Origin: Guillardia theta CCMP2712
Taxonomy: Eukaryota; Protista; Cryptophyta
Reading direction: 5' to 3'
Assembly (NCBI RefSeq): GCF_000315625.1
Contig: NW_005434603.1
Span: forward strand, 62,001-126,000
DNA length: 64,000 nucleotides
The notes under the pieces were generated by a model. That model was not told where the DNA came from, did no database searches, and saw only the letters and a program-made list of their open reading frames with translations. This document shows positions 50,904 to 62,102 of this stretch, piece by piece. The number at the start of each line of letters is the position of its first letter. The first letter of the stretch is position 1. The position numbers were made by a program, and so were the translations under genes.

Positions 50904-52282
50904 GACGAGAGGGGGAGCTTGGATCAGCGCTTAAGGAGAAATGTCAGGGGGACGTGTCAAAGAAGTACAGCAAGATCAAGTCTGCCTCACAGATGAAGAA
51001 AATCCTCGAGAAGGTCAAAGATGCCTCCTCCTCCTGTCTTCTCATCTTCTTCCTCTTCCTCTTCCTCTTCCCCTCCCTCTTCCTCTCTCTTCCTCTTCCT
51101 CTTCCTCTTCCTCTTCCTCTTCCTCTTCCTCTTCCTCTTCCTCGTCTTAAAATCATCTGGCAGGCCAAGGAGTCTCTTCCTACCGTCAACGCCCCTGACT
51201 ATCGGTGACCCTCCTGACATCCTGCTGCTACTTTCTGACAACCTCCTCCCTTCGTTCCCCTCCCCTGTCACCTTTTATTCCTCCTCCTCCATCTCCTGAT
51301 CCATCTCCTCCTCCATCTCTTCCTCATCCGCATCACCATCCGCATCTTCCCTCACCTTTCCTTCAGTGGCCTGGCTAGGATGGCCATCTCCGGGAAAAAG
51401 CTTCGCACACCCAAGGTAAGACGGCAGAAGGAAAGACGCGAAGAGAGGAGGAGAGGGAGGGGGAAGAGGGAGGGAGGGAGGGAGGGAGGGAGGGAGGGAG
51501 GAGGGAGGGAGGGAGGGAGGGAGGGAGGGAGAGAGAGAAGGAGGAGAGGGGAGGGAAGAGAAAGAGGAGGAGAGGGAGAGGGAGAGGGAGAGGGAGAGGA
51601 GGGAGAGAAGGGGAGCAGCAACAAGAAATTCCGGAAGATGATGGACAAGGAACAGGGAGGGAAGAAGAAGGCAGATTTCTTCCTCCACAGGATCGAGGTT
51701 CGCCACAGCTCTTGCGCCTCCTCCTCCTCCTTCCTCTTCCTTTCTCTCTTCCTTTACACCTTTCATCCTACTGCTTCTTGACCTCCCCCTCCCCTCCTTC
51801 TGCTACTCACTCCCTACCTCCTCTTGCTGATCATGCTTCCTCCCAATTCCTTATTTTCGCCTCCTGCCCTCCCCCTTGCTTTTCGTTCCTTCGCTTCGCT
51901 GATCTCAGGCAGGAGCGACATAAAGCACGTCACTTTTCCAGAACCGTGCGCTTGTCAAACTCACCTGGTAACTCCTCCTCCTCCTCCTCCTCCCTTCCTC
52001 CTCCCATCCTCCTTTCTTCCTCTTCCTTCCAGCTTCCTCCTCAACCCTTCCCCCGCCTTCCCTCCTCCCAGCTTCGCTCTGTTCTCCTCGACGGACCTCA
52101 ACTTTGCCTCCTGCTCCTCCTTGACCTTGTGCTGTCTCGCTTGCCTCCAGGTGACTCACTTCTTTCCTCTCACGTCGACTCCGCTCCATCCTCCCCTTCT
52201 GGTTCCGTCGGGCGCGGGAGGAGATGAGGTGGAAGATGAGAAGTCTCGGATGAGAACAAGCACGACCAGCTTGCGAGGTTGA
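46708..52282 (+). CDS. Large multi-exon hypothetical protein with a PPC-like beta-sandwich segment (boundaries uncertain)
   Basis: Exons between microsatellite introns, e.g. KSYRFVL..LRIEVT|..DPDIVVS..|WRSMGSGEDFIEI..GTYYITV..YKIR. Spans the gap at 50552-50651. Confidence 0.45.
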
Positions 52283-52329
52283 GACTTGAACGAGGGCAGG
52301 AGGAGGAGGAAGACAAGAAGGAGGAAAAC

Positions 52330-52436
52330 AGAATGATATTCATTGAGCAAAAGAATGATATTCATTGAGCAAAAGAATGATATTCCTTTGAAAAAAAGAA
52401 TGATATTCCTTTGAAAAAAAGAATGATATTTATTAA
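52330..52436 (+). repeat. AT-rich 22-23-bp tandem repeat (AGAATGATATTC core), 5 copies
   Basis: Read directly; lies between convergent genes. Confidence 0.9.
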
Positions 52437-52478
52437 AGATTAAGATGTAAATCAACTCGTCCCACCTCTCCCTCCACC

Positions 52479-54100
52479 TCAATTCTCATGCATCAACTCC
52501 ACATACTTGTCAATCAGTTCCTTCCTTGACAGACCTGTCCTATCCTCCTCCTCCGTCCCTATCGCCTTGTCACACAGAGGAACAACAGCAAGCAAACCAC
52601 CGCACCTTGCAGTCTGTTGATGGCCTTGATAAGAACTTTCTCAGAGACTGTTGAGTTGATATTGAGAAGCCTGCGCGCAGGGTCAGGAGAGCGGTGAGGA
52701 TGAATGCATTGATCACTTGAAATGTCTTTCTTTTGTCACATTCTTCAAGTTGAGTTGAAGGAGCTGCGGGGTTGTATCAGAGGAGGAGGAAGACAAGGAG
52801 GAGGAAGACAAGGAGGAGGAGGAAGCAAGTAGGAGGAGGAAGAGGAGGAGGAGGAGGAGGAGGAGGAGGAGGCAAGGAGGAGGAGGAAGGTAGGAGGAGG
52901 AAGCTGGGAGCAGGATTGAACGACGATGACAAGGATAGAGAGAGGGCAGAGATTTCGGACAGGCAAATGAACGAAGAGCATAGCAGGAGAGAGGAGGAAA
53001 GGAGAGGAAAGCTGTCATGAGATCAAAAGGACAGGTAAGGGAAGACGGAGGAGTGAGGAGTGAGGGAAGGAGGGAAGGGAAGGAGAGAGGAGGAGGAGGA
53101 GGAGGGGAGGGGAGGGGAGAGGAGGAGGGGAGCAGTTAGGTGTGGGCTGGCAGCACCTGGCACTTGTTTCCATCCTCCTCTTCTTCTGAGAGTAAATTCA
53201 GTCAGCAAGTCGAGGCAAGTACAACAGAGGTTGTCTAACCACTGAAATCAATCCTCTTGCAAGAATCCTGCCAGAAGAAATCAATAAAGGCAACACACGA
53301 CATCAGGTTCCTCGTCAGTGCCAGGTCATCATCCTCCCTATCATGTCTATCACCATGTCGTCGTCGTCGTCGTCATCATCATCACCATCTCAATCATCGC
53401 CATCTCCATTACCATCATCAACATCATCTCCACGACCACCACCTTCTCCATCAATGTCCCCATGCTCATCTCCACTGCAACAATATCCAGCACCTTTGAT
53501 TGAGCAGCCGGCTTCAGCGGAGTCGTCCCCTGCTTAGCATCCCTGGCAACTGGTTCAGAGACAGGAAACATTCATTCTTGGTGGAGTTTCAGCAAGGATG
53601 TAGGATAGCAAGTCAGAGGATCCAAACAATGCAGAATACGGCCAAGTCAGGGCAGGGGAGACGCAGTGATCAGCGGGTTGCAGGGGGCAAGGAGGGCGGC
53701 GGGCAGACAGAGAGAAGTCAGCGACACTGTAGGAGACATACTGTCTCCACGGTCCTCGATCAGGAGCTCATGGGGATGGGTGTGCAGCAGGGAACGCAGG
53801 AGGCTCGCACCTGGCAAGCTGGCAGAACTCGTTGTACGGCATCGACCGCCCATTTTCCATCTGCACCTGCAAGCCTCCTGCGGAGGGGGAGAAGAGGCTT
53901 CCCGCCGGGGAGCGGCACTTGGAGGCGCTATCGTAGTAGCAGACCGTCCCAAGTCGCTGCAGGTTCCTCTTTCTTACCGAGTCGGTCAAGCATCCCTCGT
54001 AGGCCTTCACCGGGGTGTGAACGTTGTCCATGGTGTTGGAGCTCCTGTTCTCAGCGGCGCTGTCGTCGGCCATTCCCTTCATCCTAAGCCGAAACAACGA
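52479..54100 (-). CDS. Multi-exon hypothetical protein (5' end uncertain)
   Basis: Spliced tail LLQLNLKNVTKERHFK|LLNINSTVSEKVLIKAINRLQG|LSRKELIDKYVELMHEN*. Confidence 0.4.
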
Positions 54101-54701
54101 CGGGGACTTGCTGGGAGACAGCCCTGACTGCTTCACCTGCTTCCCACATCGTCAGCCCGGCTGGGGGGCTCCCAGACAAATTCAAAATGCACGGCCAACA
54201 ACGCAGAGGAGAGGCAAGAGGAAGGGAAGGGGAGGGATTAGCGCGCGCAGAAGCTGACTGCATCATTTCAAGGTATCATCTCCCCTCCTCCTCCCCACTC
54301 ACCTCTTCTCCTCCATTTCGCTCGACCACCATAGTCTGCACTACTGTGGACATGGCCGTTTCTAGCCTACCCTCAGCCCCGCTCCAACTCATCAGGACGG
54401 GACCGTACCACAGACCGTACCACGGGGGTGGAACTCCCAATAAAAGGGTCTAGTACCGGTATTTTTCTATGATATCTTGGGGGTACCTTTTGAGGAGGGG
54501 GTGGGTGAGTTTGCAGGAAATCGCAATGGCAGCAAGGCGGCGACCAGGTTTAAGGATGATTAACTCAGCCTGTGCAATGATGACAATCGTGAAACCACCA
54601 TAGCCTATCAGTAAATTGTAAAATCTATATCATGGTATCAATCATGTGAATGTCATCGTAGCAGTGTTTAATATTTTCTACAATACGTATCTCTCTTATT
54701 T

Positions 54702-55858
54702 CTACTTGAAGCCAGCAATGCTACGCAATCCCCGGAACCGTTGCATATTACCTGTTAATCCTTCATCCCATTGCCCTGATTTAGCATATACTCGCTTTCG
54801 ATTGTTCTTCTGCGTACTATTGTGTGGCTCCACATCATTATCAGATCCATCCCGTGCATTGAAAGCTTCACGGTCGTGCGGTTTGCTCAGGACAATTCGC
54901 TTCTTCGAATGCTCGTATACAAAAGGCAGGTTTGGATACACCTTTTTAGATAATTCCATGCATGCCTGATTGAATTTTCTCAGAAAATCCTTCTTGTTCA
55001 GATGGCCGATCAAGGACCACAGATTCTCTACACTATCCGTACAGAGAGTTCGTGAATTGAAGTCATAGTCTCTATCACCCAGCGCATGATTCTTATCCCT
55101 CACATACTGCTGTACTTGCAGATGAGTATCAATTGCAACTATGAAGCCTTCAAATGTTACAGATGATAGTCCCTTGACATCTTTTTGGCTGACACTGGTC
55201 CAGTCGATGCCTTCCAATAGCCATCTTCGACCCTCTTGAACGAGACGTATCCTCTCTGAAACTTCAGCCCTCTTTCATCGAATACTTTGTGCAGGCCAGA
55301 CATAGCCTCTGCCATTCTTGCTGTCGCTTCATGTCCTTCTGCCTTTAGTAGACTGATGGCCTTGTCACTGAACATCTTCAGCATGATATCCACCGATTGT
55401 GGATCGGCGGTCCCGTCGACTTCCATCTGAGTCATCCAAGCAGGATTCTTCTTGGCAATATCACTGTAAGCTTTATGCCATATCTGACACCAATCCATGA
55501 CGAGGTAAGGCATGATTCTATGTGTGCTTTTGAAAGCTTGGATGTCGTTTCTGGCAAAGATTACTAACTCCGAAAGTATATCCGGCAATCCAGCAGCATG
55601 CAGATTTGAAACAGCATTTTCGAATTTACATATCGCAGATAGCTCATGCTCTGTATTCTTGTCATGAGTTTGACACAGAGAGTCGTGTTCACTCAAAATC
55701 CTTCTAATCATGTCACATCGGGTGTGGCTGTCAAGGGTTCTAAAAGTTTCAAGGACTGTCTGAATGAACAGTTCGGATTGCGCCTTGGCATGTTTGTTTG
55801 GAAGACTCTCACTAGTGTTTACTGATACTGTTGCCGCGGACCGTACACCGGCAGTCAC
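54702..55858 (-). mobile_element. P-element/THAP9-like transposase relic (frameshifted, probably internally deleted)
   Basis: Intronless, AT-richer sequence. DPQSVDIMLKMFSDKAISLL..ATARM..KVFDERG resembles the GTP-binding insertion; NSRTLCTDSVENLWS resembles the C-terminal D-x-x-E motif. Frameshift near 55260. Confidence 0.55.
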
Positions 55859-56110
55859 CGCGGCGTTCGGACTCCGAGTAACTCCCGAGCCGGCGGGGCC
55901 CCCGGGCCCGGCCTGGGAACCGTTGAACTCAGTTCTGAACTTGCCGACCGTGCTCGGCCTCCGAGTCTAACACTGCCAACACTGAACTTGCGGCTCCGAG
56001 GCTCGCCGGGCACTACTGCGGCACTGCGCGCCGGTCCCGGCGCGGCCAGTGACTCGTGTGATCGGAGGCCGGCTAGTTTGAGTGAGTCGGGTCCGATCCG
56101 GGATCCGATG
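55830..56110. other. GC-rich palindromic island
   Basis: Composition; abuts the transposase relic. Confidence 0.55.
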
Positions 56111-56640
56111 CTCCCAGCGTGCCCTCCCTACCTTCTAACAATTTTTCTCGATTGAGCTAATAGTATATTTCCATATAGTGCCTGCCCATTCGAAAAGCAA
56201 AATCTGGGAAAGTCAACCGCATCGTTTCATTCTCAAATTAAAATGACTTATAGTTGAGTTCTCCAATAGTCCTGAGGCCAAATAGCAAGATGGAAATGCG
56301 GAAAAAATAGTCTAACTCGAGACATAAAAAGCCGTGCGGGGGCCAGGCTAATTGCTATAAAGCCCCAAAGAGTCTTCTGCGCCTGGCCGATCCTTGCTCA
56401 GCACACGCCAGTGTATCAAACATCCCAGGCTACCGTGGGCAGCAAGAGCACGAGGCGACCTCTCCTCGGAGTCCTTGAGCAGCGTCTGAACCGCTGCTCA
56501 GCTGTTGCGGTCGGCCTCTTGCTCTCGCCGTCACGGATAGTCCAGCGGAGAAGGGCGTATGAAGCAACTGGAAACCTTTCGCTGCTCTGAGGTCCGATCG
56601 CAGAGTCCCCTGCTGCACCTTTTTCATTGTCCGGATCAGG

Positions 56641-58357
56641 AGAGTTGCTCATCCTGCTTCATCGGATGAAACTCGATGAGACAATCTCACATGCCGCACA
56701 GGGTCTGATCCTTCTTTACACGGAGTCTGTGCTGAGGATCACGGTGAAGTCATGACTGACGATGGTACTGCTGGTCTATATGGAGAGATCCAGCGGCCCG
56801 AGAGCGTCGGGCAAGCGCGGCATGTGCACGGGCGGGAGAAGACGATGCTGTATGCGAGGAAGGGCTGAGGTGCTGCAGGTGGGGGGAGGAGTGGTGGGAC
56901 GAGGGCGCAAGGACGTGGAGGATGAAGTGCAAGGAGTGCGGGCAGGTCAAGAACTTCGATAAGCTCTGAGAGGCGGGGAGACGGGTCATGATTTGTGTTT
57001 ACATGTATGTCCATGAAACGCATGTATGCCATTGAGCGTGATTCCTCTCCTCTTCCATCCTCACCGACTGAGCCTAGAGAGAGCGAGAGTGAGGTCAAGG
57101 CGGGGGGAGGGAGCAGCAGGTGGTAAGCATTGCAACGGGAAGGAGAGAAAGGAGAAGAAGCGGGGGCATGCAAGGGCAAGAGAAAAGCAGCAAGCGATCC
57201 AAGGAAGCAGGGAAAGATCAAAGCTCCCCCTCTTGCCCAGCAAGAAACCAGGTCGCCTCCTCCTTTCTCCAGTCACTGCTGACGTGTGCCAAGGGCAGAG
57301 CCGGTGACTCAAAGCAAGCTCAGCAAAGTCGAGCTCGAAGCAAGATGCAAGGCTCAAGGGGAGGTCAAGAGGGGGAGCAAAGCAAGGAGGAGCTCTTCTT
57401 CTTCAACCGATTGAGGTCGTTCAGCTGCCTGGTCACCACGGAGATCTGCCGGGAGTCGAGTTGAGAGACTCAGCGCAAGATATGGAGCTACCTGTCCAGA
57501 CGTTGATCGTATCCTTGTATCGATCACAACAATACTTGTCTTTTTCCATCGCCTCTAGTGTACTGCTGTCATGCCTGCTACTGCTTCTGTCTTGTTGCTC
57601 TACCTGTTTGCTGCGATGCTACACACCAGTTGATTCATGAACTCGTCACAGAGGAATACTTGATGCGAATGCTCGAGATCCTACAGGAAAAGAAGAGGAG
57701 CCAGGAGCTCGCCGAAAACCTTCACCTCCCTTCTCCACTCCGACGGACCGGGCAAGATTCCAACGAGGAGCAGGTGGAGATGAATGAGCAGTTTTCTATT
57801 GCTTTGCACGCACCTCCACAAGGTGTTGAGCATGAACTGCGAATGACGCATCGCCCGCTCTGCTGTGTTCCCGCCCACCTGACGCTGAGCTCCGACCAAC
57901 CGCTCGCAAGTCTCTACAGCACGAAAGACACGCTGCTTGCACTGAGGCACCCTCCCCTCGTTGGCCTCGACCTGCCGTGCAAAGCAAACTCTCATCAAAC
58001 AAGAGCGTTCTAGGATGAGAACGAGAACCAGCAACTGAGATGAAACGTGAAGAAGCGGGAGAGGAGGGAAACAAGGAGGAAGAAGAGGATACGTCAAGGG
58101 CAAGGAGGCACGGGGAAGTGAAGGAGGAGGAGGAGGAGGAGGAGGAGGAGGAGGAGGAGGAGGAGTGCAGCTCTATGTAAGAAACCATACCGATGCGATC
58201 CTGATCGACATGGAGATGTATGACTTGACATTCTCCACTCCATGTCTTCCACTGCCCTCGACAAGCCTTGCCTGTCAGTCATGAAAATGTCAAGCCAACG
58301 ATATCGGTCTGGTACCAGACCATTCTCCGGACTCCTGCTCTTGCCCTGCTCGCCAAG
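56641..58357 (+). repeat. Direct segmental duplication, copy 1 (of 62103-64000), lacking 181 bp
   Basis: Near-identical sequence; offset 5462 before and 5643 after position ~57035. Confidence 0.95.
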
Positions 58358-59070
58358 CAGCGTCTGAGCCGCTGCTGTTGTGCTCGGCCTCTTGCTCTCG
58401 CCGTGATAGTCCAGGGTACCGACTGGCCTCGAGCACCCTCCGGGCGCGGAGAAGGGCGTATGAAGCAACCTTTCGCTACTTTGGGGTTGCAGATCTCGGT
58501 CACCTCCGACACGTTGTTCTCCTCCGACACTGCTAGCTCGCCATCGTGAGTTTCTCTGATCCACTCGTCCTCGGACCTGGCCCTCGTCTCCCACGCCTTG
58601 TACTCTGCTTCAATCCTCCGCACGCCAAACCACCTCCTTACCCTCCTGCCCTTAAGTTAGCTAAAGCCACGTCTGCTATACCTACTGAAGCATATCCGAT
58701 CAGGTCGTTCCTGCTCAGTCATATCTTCGTCCTCTAGCACTACGACGATGGTCTGGAATGGGCTCTCGAGCTCGAAAGGACCGAACTTCGGAACTTGGCA
58801 TCCCGTCGAGGGAACCTGTTCCTGTTCCTGTAGATCGTTTTCATCTTTCCCATCAGCGCGTCATTCAGCTTGATCCTGCAGAAGCAGTCGCACAGCCCGT
58901 TGGGGTCCATTGCTGGCAGGTAACGAGCCGACACTATGTTGATGTCGAGCTCCCGTTCCACCGTCCTCTTCTTGCGCCTCTTGGCCACCATGATGGGCTA
59001 GGGAGTCCGATACTCTGAGCTTTGCTCCTCTCACTCGACCTGTGGTCACCTCGATTGAGTTTCGCTTCAT
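56641..59070 (-). pseudogene. C2-domain multi-exon gene, frameshifted copy
   Basis: LDINIVSARYLPAMDPNGLCDCFCRIKL..KTIYRNR..FPR(R)DAKF / QTIVVVLEDEDM / SRNDLIGYA; frameshifts near 58790 and 58718. Confidence 0.65.
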
Positions 59071-59589
59071 CCCTCCGGCATCAGTGAAGTTTGTCTAAAA
59101 CACTGACGCGTTCGTTGACTGCTCTACACACGCCGCCGGACTCAACATGAGCTGGGATAGTCATATGAAATGTACATAACTAACCTTCTCGTCGGCCTCA
59201 CCTGCTTATCTTTCCAAGTTCTCCTCTGTTTGTACCACTCTTTTGGAATCAGGCCCCTTTGACTCCCCGAGTCTGAGTGATTTGTAGACATGTATGATAG
59301 GCATGAAAGTCGGCTTTTATGATAGGCATGAAAGAAGTAAGATGAGAGGCTAACTAGTAAGATGAAGATGCGAAAAAATAATCTAAAACCCATATCTGAT
59401 CATCGATGATGTCGAAAAGTAACTTAGACGCCGTGCTGACCAGTCAACTTGAAGCCAGAGATACTCGAGACATAAAAAGCCATGCTAATTGCTATAAAGC
59501 CCCAAAGAGTCTTCTGCACCTGTGAAATGCTCGTCACAACCTGCGATCCTTTGTAACATGATCGTATCAAACATCCCTACTGGGCTGAC

Positions 59590-60923
59590 AAATACCTCGT
59601 CAAACCTGCTATTGTTGCTCTCCTGAGCCTGCGCGATCGTTGTCACAACCAGCGAGAAAGGAAACACTGACGATTCGGTTCGACAATACCTTGCCAAACC
59701 TCTCCTCCACCTTGCCAAGCCTCTCCTCTACCTTGCCCTCCAGATGCGAAAGGCTCGTCTGGACCTGCAAGCCCGACACCCTTCGTCACCGTATGTGATC
59801 AAACCGTCCTCTGAGAGTCTTGGTACAGGCGCTCATCACCTGGTCCAACGAGGTGAAGACATTTCTGCATGGGGTGTAGATGAGAAAGATCGGTACTCCT
59901 GATTTCCCAATGAGCATCACTTCTTTATCCTCTCTCCATCTGCTCAATTGCAATCATCAGAGCAGCCTCCCTACACTGCGGCGACCGCCTCACTTACCTT
60001 GCCAATATATTTACCGAGTTCCTCTTGAAGATTTCTTTGTTCCCGTTGACAAACACTCCCATTGCCTTGATCACGACGTTGGTCTTGTGAATCCGATTCC
60101 GAAGGGCATATGCTCGATCCAGCTGATACATCTTTTCAAGTATACAGCTCGGGCTTTCAGTTATCTCGAAGTGGAAACACTCCCCTCGCTCAAGACGTAT
60201 GTCGCTTAGGCATTCGGCGGCGGATGTCGTAGCCAGACCATCTTCATTGCTGAGGCAGACGATGCTCTCACTGTCATTCAAGTCCACGACACGATTGAAG
60301 ATGCTGTCCAGATGAACCGGCCCATCCCGTACTTTCACGCACAGGTCTAACTCAAAGCAGTGGCCCTTGCTGTATTTCTTCGTATTTGGATCGATACCAC
60401 TGAGAGCATGGACCGAGAACCTCTTGCACAGGTTTGTCCTGTACTCCGTGCTGTTCACCTGTTGCAGGGCCGCCAGGTCGTTGGAGTCTCTCACGAAGAA
60501 CTTCCTGCATATCGTCGCCGGGACATGAGCGAGTTGCGAGTAAAGCTGAGAAGCGAAGTAGTCCCGCGCAGAGACGAGGTTGAGCTGAACCTCCTCCCAG
60601 TGCGGCAGCTCGTGAGGCTCCTCAAGCTGTCTTGCGCTGGTCAAGCATGGCTCCGAGTTGCTCAAGCTGGAGGTATGAGAGTCTGCACTGCTGAAGGAGC
60701 TGGAGGTATGAATCATGGCTGCTGGAGGAGTCTTGACTGCTACAGGAGCTGGGAGTATGAGAGTCTTGGCGGCTACAGGAGCTGGGAGTATGAGAGTCTT
60801 GGCGGCTACAGGAGCTGGGAGAATGAGAGTCTTGGCGGCTACAGGAGCTGGGAGTATGAGAGTCTTGGCGGCTACAGGAAATGGGACTATGAACGTCTTG
60901 GCGGCTACAGGAGCTGGTGGCAT
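59590..60923 (-). CDS. Putative PD-(D/E)XK-like nuclease with C-terminal coiled coil, intron-containing (ends approximate)
   Basis: FELDLCV..FEITES..EKMYQLDR..KAMGVFVN; intron 59940-59997; then GVPIFLIYTPCRNVFTSLDQ|VQTSLSHLEGKVEERLGKVEERFGK. Confidence 0.6.
60729..60918 (-). repeat. 33-bp coding minisatellite (PAPVAAKTLIL), about 6 copies
   Basis: Read directly from the sequence. Confidence 0.9.
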
Positions 60924-61199
60924 GTTCGGATCTCGTCGAGCAGGGCATGATGATCTCGTCAAGATCTTCAGACAAGCTCTCGATAGCAGCTGACCTCCTC
61001 GCAGAGTGCCATGCTGCAGCATACTGCCGCCGCCGGCGCGCTGTCGGTGCCACAAACTTTGGAGTCTGGGCGCGAAATTGAGGAAGGGGGAACTTGATCC
61101 CACCCTACCCCCTCTAGTGTGTTGAAATCCTACCACAGGTGTGATGTTGTAGAGGGGGTGGGGGTGGGAGGTCGGTTTCATCGCCCCAACCTCAGGTTG

Positions 61200-61840
61200 T
61201 ACACGCGACATTTGTGTGGAAGCTGGTATCGTCACGAAGCTCCATCAACAGGGACTGCGACACACCCGGACCCTTGTTCCTCAGCATGGCCCCACCAACC
61301 GACACATGGGCGACCTTTGGCTCCCTGGCCTCTCCACCCACACCTGGAATGGGCTCAGTGGTTCTGGACTTCACGATGACTCATCCCTACAACAGCAGCG
61401 GCAGCCCCGTCGGACTTTCTGCGCTCTCCGGCCCCGCCCAACAGAAGATTTCCGATCATCGCGCAAGTTATGGTACCCATCACCCGCCGAAGGCCTTTCT
61501 TCCCTTCACTGCAGGTACGGATGGTCTTCTTCATGCTGACGCTTTGCGGTTTCTCTGGTACCTGGCGGATCATGCGTGCTCGCCTGTTTCGGCAGTATCG
61601 CTCTCGTATGGGTCTTGCCGTCCTCCTCGCAGGGGCCTTGCGCTACTGCTCTTTGTCCTGATCCTTGTTCCCCTGCTTGTCCAGCTGCTTGTCGTGCATG
61701 CCGTCGCTTGCGTGGTTGGAGTAGCGGTTTTCGCTGCCTCCTTCGTTTCCTAGTATTTTTATTGAGGCGGGTTTGTAGGCTTTATCCTCCCTCCTTTGTT
61801 TGCTCCGGTTTGCCCTTCTTTTTCAGTCAATAAAATAAAA
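61200..61840 (+). mobile_element. 5'-truncated CRE-like non-LTR retrotransposon (restriction-like endonuclease domain plus A-rich tail)
   Basis: HEAP..HPD / VVLDFTMTHP..QQKISDH..AFLPFTAGTDGLLHADALRFLWYLAD; T-rich 3' region ending AATAAAATAAAA. Confidence 0.75.
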
Positions 61841-62102
61841 CGATGTACATCAGGCTCTCTGTCTATTCCCAGTCTTCCAGCGCATGCCCTGTTGGACCGT
61901 AATGAGCTCGGTCTGGCAGCCCAGCCGCCTGCCAGTGTTGTCCGATTGAGCTGTACCGTCCTCGAGTCACGCCAGTGTCCATCACATAGCTAAGTTTCAA
62001 TCTTGATGAAAAGTACGCTGATGAAGGGCACCCATCAACTGGATATGACAGCTTGTCAGCCAAGGGGCTCGCCGAACTTGCGAGCTCGGATGAAAACGCG
62101 AG

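Noticed and set aside
55250-55270. Programmed -1 frameshift in the transposase relic
   Set aside because: No X-XXY-YYZ slippery heptamer and the element is otherwise decayed; a simple indel is more likely.
57558-58013. Plus-strand 151-aa ORF (also at 63201-63656)
   Set aside because: Identity reflects the recent duplication; it starts with GTG and lies antisense to spliced exons of the minus-strand gene.
61190-61860. Target-site duplication around the CRE-like insertion
   Set aside because: No convincing direct repeat found at the presumed ends.
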